Positions 58,431-64,000 of a stretch of DNA of 64,000 nucleotides are shown here, in pieces. Within the stretch, counting starts at the first letter, position 1. The number at the start of each line of letters is the position of its first letter. The position numbers and the translations under genes are program-made. The notes beneath the pieces are model-generated. The model saw only the letters and a program-made list of their open reading frames with translations, made no database searches and was not told the DNA's origin. Origin of the DNA: Deltaproteobacteria bacterium (GTDB lineage: Bacteria; Desulfobacterota; Desulfobacteria; Desulfobacterales; C00003060); assembly GCA_003647275.1 (NCBI GenBank), contig QMMN01000008.1:1675-65674 (forward strand). The letters run 5' to 3'.

Positions 58431-60575
58431 ATGATCCGAATCACTGATATCATAGACCGCATCAGCACTTACCATCCGCAGGCGGACTTAGACCTTGTCG
58501 AACGTGCCTATATCTATTCGGCTCGAATTCATGAAGGCCAGGTGCGTCTTTCCGGAGAGCCTTATCTTTCTCACCCGCTGGAGGTCGCCGGGCTATTGAC
58601 CGAGTTGAAATTGGGCCCAGTCAGTGTAGCCGCAGGCCTTCTGCACGATGCCCTGGAGGATACCAGAGCGACCATTGAAGATCTAACCCAGTTGTTTGGT
58701 ACACCGGTTGCTCGCATTGTGGAGGGCGTGACCAAGCTGAGTAGCCTGGAATTTAGGAGCTCTGAGGCCCGTCAGGCCGAAAGCATTCGAAAGATGATTC
58801 TGGCCATGGCCGATGATATCCGCGTTATCCTGATCAAGCTGTGCGATCGGCTCCACAACATGCGTACCCTTCAGTTTCAAAAAGAAAAGAAGCAAACCAA
58901 GATAGCGCAAGAAACCCTTGACATTTATGCCCCCATTGCCAATCGCCTGGGTATATATTGGATTAAAACAGAACTCGAAGATATCGCATTCATGTATCTT
59001 TTTCCGCACCAGTATCGTGAGATCGCCAGCCATGTGGCAAAAAAAAGGGAAGAGCAACAAGAGTATATCAATACCATAAGAAAAATTATCCAGGCCAAGA
59101 TGGCGGAAGCCCATATTCCTTGTGAGGTCCAAGGCCGCCACAAACATTTCTATGGCATCTATCAGAAGATGATGGACCAAAACGTGGATTTTAATGAGGT
59201 GTACGACATCCTTGCCTTTCGTATCATCCTCGATACGGTACCGCAGTGCTACCAAGCTCTTGGGATCATCCATTCCATCTGGAAGCCTATACCACACCGT
59301 TTCAAGGACTACATCGGAATTCCCAAGCCCAATATGTACCGGTCCCTCCACACGACGGTGATCGGACCTTTTGGGGAGCGGGTGGAGATTCAGATCCGGA
59401 CCAAGGGGATGGATCGTGTGGCCAAAGACGGCATTGCTGCCCACTGGCAGTATAAGGAGAAAAGCGTCTTTGATCAAGAAACAGGGGCCGTCTTTGCCTG
59501 GCTTAGGAAGCTGGTAGAGGAACAGAAAAGCCTCAAGGACCCTGACGAATTCATGGAAACCGTGCGGATCGAGCTTTTCCCTGATGAGGTGTATGTATTC
59601 ACACCACAGGGCGACGTGTTGGCCCTCCCAAAGGGAGCCACGCCTGTGGATTTTGCCTATGCCGTCCATACAGAGGTGGGGAACCAGTGTACTGGCGCCA
59701 AGGTGGACGGCCGAATGGTGCCTTTAAAATATGAGCTTAAGACTGGCCAAAGGGTCGAAATTATCACATCACCCAATCATCATCCCAGCAAAGACTGGCT
59801 GAATTTTGTCAAAACGGCCAAGGCCCGGTCTCGGGTACGCCAGCACATCAAGGCGGAGGAGCGGAAACGGAGCCTATCACTGGGGCGTGAGATGTGCGAC
59901 AAGGTCTTTCGAAAGTACAATGTGAGTTTGAATAAGTATATGAAATCAGGAGAGATCGAAAAGGCTGTCCACGAGCTTGGCTATAAAACCGCTGATGACC
60001 TGATCGTAGGCGTGGGATATGGTAAAGTAACGCCTTTGCAGGTGGTCCGGTATTTACTCCCGCGATCTGAGCTAAAAGATGAAAAAGAGACTGTTGTAAA
60101 AAGGCTAACGCAGCGGATTCGCAAAAGAAAATCAACGTCAGGCATCCTGGTAAAAGGTCTGGATGACATCCTGGTTCGTTTTGCCAAGTGCTGCAATCCC
60201 CTGCCTGGTGATCCTGTGATTGGATATATCACCCGAGGTCAAGGCGTTACGGTTCACCGTACCAGTTGCCCCCATGCACTAAATATGGATCCAGAGCGGC
60301 GGATCGAATTGGAGTGGGCGCCGGACACTAAAGAGCTCTATCCCGTGAGGATTCATGTGCTGTGTCACGACAGGATGGGCCTTTTGGCCAATATTACTGC
60401 GGCCATAAGCCAAGGTGAGGCCAATATCCTGGATGCCAAGGTCAACACCCGGGCAGACAAGCGGGCGGATTGTTATTTTACGATCTCTGTATCAGGTGCC
60501 GACCACCTGGAAAACGTGATCAAATCGGTCGAAAAGATCAAGCACGTCATAAAAGTGAGTCGCCTTGTCGCCTAA
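58431..60575 (+). CDS. relA: bifunctional (p)ppGpp synthetase/hydrolase Rel/SpoT
   Basis: HD hydrolase motif (HPLEV...LLHDALEDT), synthetase core (YRSLHTTV), and TGS and ACT C-terminal regions. Confidence 0.95.
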   Translation: MIRITDIIDRISTYHPQADLDLVERAYIYSARIHEGQVRLSGEPYLSHPLEVAGLLTELKLGPVSVAAGLLHDALEDTRATIEDLTQLFGTPVARIVEGVTKLSSLEFRSSEARQAESIRKMILAMADDIRVILIKLCDRLHNMRTLQFQKEKKQTKIAQETLDIYAPIANRLGIYWIKTELEDIAFMYLFPHQYREIASHVAKKREEQQEYINTIRKIIQAKMAEAHIPCEVQGRHKHFYGIYQKMMDQNVDFNEVYDILAFRIILDTVPQCYQALGIIHSIWKPIPHRFKDYIGIPKPNMYRSLHTTVIGPFGERVEIQIRTKGMDRVAKDGIAAHWQYKEKSVFDQETGAVFAWLRKLVEEQKSLKDPDEFMETVRIELFPDEVYVFTPQGDVLALPKGATPVDFAYAVHTEVGNQCTGAKVDGRMVPLKYELKTGQRVEIITSPNHHPSKDWLNFVKTAKARSRVRQHIKAEERKRSLSLGREMCDKVFRKYNVSLNKYMKSGEIEKAVHELGYKTADDLIVGVGYGKVTPLQVVRYLLPRSELKDEKETVVKRLTQRIRKRKSTSGILVKGLDDILVRFAKCCNPLPGDPVIGYITRGQGVTVHRTSCPHALNMDPERRIELEWAPDTKELYPVRIHVLCHDRMGLLANITAAISQGEANILDAKVNTRADKRADCYFTISVSGADHLENVIKSVEKIKHVIKVSRLVA

Positions 60576-60737
60576 CAGGATTGCAGATTTTGGATTTGTC
60601 GATAACGAATATGAGGCTGGATCTAAATTTGCCTTTCTTAGACACCCAATACCTTTGCCCGGAAGTCCTTCAAAACCTGAATCGGTCTTCGGCCCGGAGA
60701 GGAAACGAATAGCGATTTTCGGATAACGAATAACGAT

Positions 60738-60929
60738 TCAGGCCGGTTTTTCCACTAAGCCCGAGCGCAGGCACCGCGTGCACACCCTGATTCGCTTGAC
60801 ACGCCCATTCTGGACAGCACGAACCTGTTGTAAATTCGGATAAAAGCGTCGTTTCGTCACATTGTGAGCATGGCTCACATGACTGCCGGACATAGGTTTC
60901 TTCCCGCATATTTCACATACTTTTGCCAT
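60738..60929 (-). CDS. rpmB: 50S ribosomal protein L28
   Basis: [29 protein letters not shown]. Start at 60929 rather than 60941. Confidence 0.93.
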   Translation of the reverse strand: MAKVCEICGKKPMSGSHVSHAHNVTKRRFYPNLQQVRAVQNGRVKRIRVCTRCLRSGLVEKPA

Positions 60930-61039
60930 TTTCTTGTGCACTCCTTTATATCAAATATTTGAAAGTCGCCACATAAGGCACAACAGCCATGTGCCTTTAG
61001 CACATAAAATCGCAGGATGCAAACAGAGACCTTTTAAAA

Positions 61040-61168
61040 CCTCTTTTTGAGCCAATTTTGACCACTTTGTAAGAAGTTCTTAGCGAAGTGGAGCGTAAAA
61101 AATTGTAACTGTTTGAGGACGTTAGCCCGAGTAGCGCAGGGGTTGCGGCTGACGCCTTGCACAGAGGC
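61040..61168 (-). repeat. R3 core repeat, third copy (inverted)
   Basis: The reverse complement reads GCCTCTGTGCAAGGCGTCAGCCGCAACCCCTGCGCTACTCGGGCTAACGTCCTCAAACAGTT...CACTTCGCT...GGCTCAAAAAGAGG. Confidence 0.6.
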
Positions 61169-61442
61169 ACCCCGTGATACAATTTTAGCAAAGCGAACTT
61201 AGAACTTCTCAAAATGGACAAACAAGCGAGAGGAAGGTTTTGAATTTGTTTGTTTGATTTTGATAAGAACTTGCTTTTTGGTAGGGCGAGGATAGGAAAT
61301 TTGGCCTTGTGTGTCAAGGCAAAAGGAGCCGAGCATATGCCTGCCTGTGCGTGCCCGCACGCAGACAGGGTGGTTCGGGTTTATTGTATCGATCGTCGGC
61401 TTATGAAGATGCCGGGGCCGGTCAGCCGGAACTCTTCAACGA

Positions 61443-61579
61443 TTGACCGGCCCGCTCCCCGTAAGCCCAGTTCCTGTGAGCGGGGTGAAGGGGAGCTATA
61501 CAAAAATGTCCCTCTTCCTTACCGGGCGCGTAAGCCCGCGAAGCGAACCGCCGCCCTTCAGGGCGGGAGAAGCTTCAAG
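61443..61579 (+). repeat. R1-related repeat, expanded and divergent copy D
   Basis: Starts TTGACCGGCCCGCTCCCCG and ends GCGAAGCGAACCGCCGCCCTTCAGGGCGGGAGAAGCTTCAAG, with extra hairpins in between. Confidence 0.6.
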
Positions 61580-61645
61580 TTGTGGGGGAGGTGAGTCTAT
61601 TTTGGATGAATTCGAACAAACCGGTCCGCTTTAATGAAAAAGTAG

Positions 61646-61670
61646 AAAAAGGGGACGCCGTCCCCTTTTT
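61646..61670. terminator. bidirectional intrinsic terminator
   Basis: AAAAA-GGGGAC-GCC-GTCCCC-TTTTT (hairpin 61651-61665). Lies 47 nt downstream of the minus-strand XRE gene. Confidence 0.6.
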
Positions 61671-61716
61671 CCCACTGAAAAACATCCACAACCCGCCTAA
61701 TTTACGCTTAATCCGG

Positions 61717-62034
61717 TTAATGCATTATTGCCCTGAATATCTTCACGGCCAATTTTAATTGTTCATCATTAGCCTCGTTTATAAGAGAGATTAACAAGTT
61801 CTTTCTCATGACAGGGCTTTCTTCTTGGACAAACTCGAATACCTCCCACAAATCTACATCTAATGTCTCTGATAGCCTGATCAAGGTATTAAGGGTAGGA
61901 TTTTCCTTGCCCCGCTCAATGCTGCTCAGATATTTAGGATTTATCCCTGTCCTTTCTGATAGTTGTTCCTGTGTAATATTCTTACTATTTCTAAGGCTCT
62001 TAATTCGAGCCCCTATTAATTCCTTTTTAGTCAT
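61717..62034 (-). CDS. XRE-family helix-turn-helix transcriptional regulator
   Basis: IGARIKSLRNSKNITQEQLSERTGINPKYLSSIERGKENPTLNTLIRL. Confidence 0.88.
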   Translation of the reverse strand: MTKKELIGARIKSLRNSKNITQEQLSERTGINPKYLSSIERGKENPTLNTLIRLSETLDVDLWEVFEFVQEESPVMRKNLLISLINEANDEQLKLAVKIFRAIMH

Positions 62035-62113
62035 CTATTCTTTCCCCCTTTTGTCCTATTGAATATTACCAAGGTTGTGGGGAGTTTTAGACAGTCTGAC
62101 GCCAAGAAAATTA

Positions 62114-62147
62114 TTGACAAATTCTGTGTAATAGATGTAGTATTACA
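62114..62147 (+). promoter_or_regulatory. candidate promoter with overlapping inverted-repeat operator upstream of the cytochrome genes
   Basis: TTGACA (62114-62119), 18 nt spacer, TAGTAT (62138-62143). The perfect inverted repeat TGTAATA-N7-TATTACA (62127-62147) overlaps the -10. Confidence 0.4.
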
Positions 62148-62398
62148 TTTATCAGGTGGATATTTTTCTAATAATTAATACTATTGGACTGAATATAAAC
62201 TTACAATTTCTGATTAACGTATGTCGGAGGGGATCACGCCTCAAACATCGGGTTATGTAGAATTAGGGATGTAGGAATGGAGACAACAAGGGCCATTATG
62301 GGCTTGGTACCTACCTTCATAAGGTCCAAAAGCAAATTCTTATTATCGATAAGATTACAGGGATAGTAGATAAGCAAACTTGGGAAGGTGGCTAAACT

Positions 62399-63586
62399 AT
62401 GGAAGGAAAAAAGATAAGTTTATTCCCTGTCATAATACTGCTAACCACTTTGTTGGTTGTATCAGTTTTCTTCTATAAGCTTGCATTTGGGTGGTACCCG
62501 GCCAAATATACCGAATCGGCACATGTGGGGGTCAATCGCTCAACCATTTCTTCTCTTGGCTATGCGGTAGGTAATTGTGTTCACTGCCATGAGCAGCATG
62601 CCAGTATCGAGGGGAGTTCCCATACCCCTTATGACTTTTCACTCTTTGCCCCAAATAATCCAGACAGCCAGACCGCCAACTTTTGCTTTCAGTGCCATAA
62701 AGGCGCCGGTTCTGTTCAGGTCGGTGGTATCACGAACTATACCTTCAGCAAGAACTTCGGCGGTGGGACGGCTACCTTTACCACGATCTATGATGCCTTT
62801 AATCCAGGCATAGAGCCCCCCGCCTCATCCCATAACCTCGCTGATGTCCTAAATCGTGCCGTCTCCAAAGCTGCCTGGCTTTATACTGCCAATGACAATG
62901 CCTGTATCGTGTGCCACAATCCCCATACTGCACAGAGGAATTACCCAGTTACGGTCAATGCCATGGGAGGGGTTAATACCGCAGTGAGAAAGCCCGGTCA
63001 ACATGATGACGCTGACTATAACCTGTGGGGTGATGAGCCTAAGGCCACCTCCGGCTGGAACGAAATGATGAGCGATTGGACGGCAAATTATCAGGCACCT
63101 TACCGTGTGGGCAAGACCACCTATGAGCCGGCTGGTGACCAAACTACCAATGGCTCCAATCTACCATGTTTTGTACAAACATGTAGACCATGGTGCCATA
63201 GGACTACTGTTTATAGTACCGAACGCGGCGCTAACCTCGAGCCCATTAACTGGACTAATCTTACAAGTGAGCCCGGAACCCGGAGTGCACATGGAAAATT
63301 TGCCAACGGTCTCAGTAAGACCGGGGGCTGGACCATAGCCCCTTATACGGATGATGATACCAGAAACTATGTCCTTTCCTGCACCGACTGCCATGAACCA
63401 CATGGCTCCACAAATGAATGGCTGTTGAGGACCTGTGTGAATGGAAAAGATAATATTAGCATAACAGAAGATGGTCGCTGGTATGAGTTTTGTACAGCCT
63501 GCCATTATGTGAAGGACTTTGGTAGTAACCATGAAACTTATGTTGATTGTAGTGGCTGCCATGGTCACAACACGCCCTACTTTTGA
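62399..63586 (+). CDS. membrane-anchored multiheme c-type cytochrome (6 CXXCH plus one CXXXCH)
   Basis: N-terminal TM helix (LFPVIILLTTLLVVSVFFY). Heme motifs CVHCH, CFQCH, CIVCH, CTDCH, CTACH and CSGCH, plus CRPWCH. Confidence 0.85.
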   Translation: MEGKKISLFPVIILLTTLLVVSVFFYKLAFGWYPAKYTESAHVGVNRSTISSLGYAVGNCVHCHEQHASIEGSSHTPYDFSLFAPNNPDSQTANFCFQCHKGAGSVQVGGITNYTFSKNFGGGTATFTTIYDAFNPGIEPPASSHNLADVLNRAVSKAAWLYTANDNACIVCHNPHTAQRNYPVTVNAMGGVNTAVRKPGQHDDADYNLWGDEPKATSGWNEMMSDWTANYQAPYRVGKTTYEPAGDQTTNGSNLPCFVQTCRPWCHRTTVYSTERGANLEPINWTNLTSEPGTRSAHGKFANGLSKTGGWTIAPYTDDDTRNYVLSCTDCHEPHGSTNEWLLRTCVNGKDNISITEDGRWYEFCTACHYVKDFGSNHETYVDCSGCHGHNTPYF

Positions 63587-63638
63587 TTTACCAAAGGGGG
63601 AGAAAAAGGTCAGACTTTTTATATTGATATTTAAAGAT

Positions 63639-64000
63639 ATGCAGTCAAAATTTCCTTTGATTCTAATTTTATGCCTTATCGCTTTATGGGGATGTGTAAG
63701 TGGTATTTCTACCTTGCATGAATATCCTACCAGAGGAGACTCCTGTGCCCGGTGCCATATAAGTAATGAGCCAAGCGCTATGGATCTCAATCCAGGCATC
63801 GCAGCCGATGCCACCAAATTTTGCCTTTCCTGCCATGATAAGGAGCAAGATACATCAGATACCAATCCCCCTTATGTTAAGAATAGCCCGATTATCTTAG
63901 CAGGAGGGGATTTTGTCTTTGTAGTGAAATCACCGGGTAATGGTCATAGTGTTGAAGAGAATGACCCTATTAATACTCTCAAACCACCTGGAGGAAAAAG
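63639..64000 (+). CDS. lipoprotein-type c-type cytochrome, 5' partial (runs off the window)
   Basis: My own translation gives MQSKFPLILILCLIALWGC (lipobox-like), then CARCH and CLSCH. The frame is open to the window end. Confidence 0.7.
   Translation, partial: MQSKFPLILILCLIALWGCVSGISTLHEYPTRGDSCARCHISNEPSAMDLNPGIAADATKFCLSCHDKEQDTSDTNPPYVKNSPIILAGGDFVFVVKSPGNGHSVEENDPINTLKPPGGK

Noticed and set aside
58683-59669. 328-aa ORF antisense to rel/spoT
   Set aside because: It lies entirely inside a confidently identified gene on the other strand. Its translation is low-complexity with no motifs. This is a typical shadow ORF.
62148-62398. Possible GEMM-type (c-di-GMP or cGAMP) riboswitch in the cytochrome leader
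   Set aside because: I looked for the conserved GGCAAA...GAAA...ACGCAAAGC core known from Geobacter cytochrome leaders and did not find it. Only a covariance-model scan could settle this.

Overview
This is a gene-dense chromosomal segment with about 62 supported CDS. I found no rRNA, tRNA, CRISPR array or transposase. Most of it is housekeeping: mutL, gatCA, argS, eno, ndk, pcm, rng, the rplU-rpmA-obg-proB-proA-nadD-rsfS string, ispG-proS-rel and rpmB. Gene order and accessory content suggest an anaerobic Desulfobacterota or Geobacter-like deltaproteobacterium; this is inference only. That content includes a tungsten-type aldehyde:ferredoxin oxidoreductase, multiheme cytochromes, HDOD/GGDEF/PilZ signalling proteins and B12-radical SAM enzymes.

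The accessory parts are:
- a vapBC pair plus a cupin in an AT-rich islet;
- a cNMP-binding/PilZ fusion next to a stand-alone cNMP-binding protein;
- an operon of a small DUF3391-like protein, an HDOD protein and a pseudo-receiver GGDDF cyclase-like protein;
- an AT-rich B12-radical-SAM/TPR gene;
- a repeat-flanked two-gene cassette (40282-43440) whose first product joins a roughly 400-aa unrecognised region to a LOG/SLOG-type domain;
- a MoxR-like AAA_5 ATPase translationally coupled to a 649-aa protein with a TraB/ChaN-like N-terminus;
- an XRE regulator divergent from CXXCH-rich cytochromes at the window end.

The long intergenic regions are built from several families of dispersed, hairpin-containing repeats. 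No annotated feature explains them.

My best candidates for an undescribed system are, in order, the LOG-fusion cassette, the AAA/TraB-like pair and the structured repeat families. All functional calls rest on motif recognition by eye. No database search was possible.
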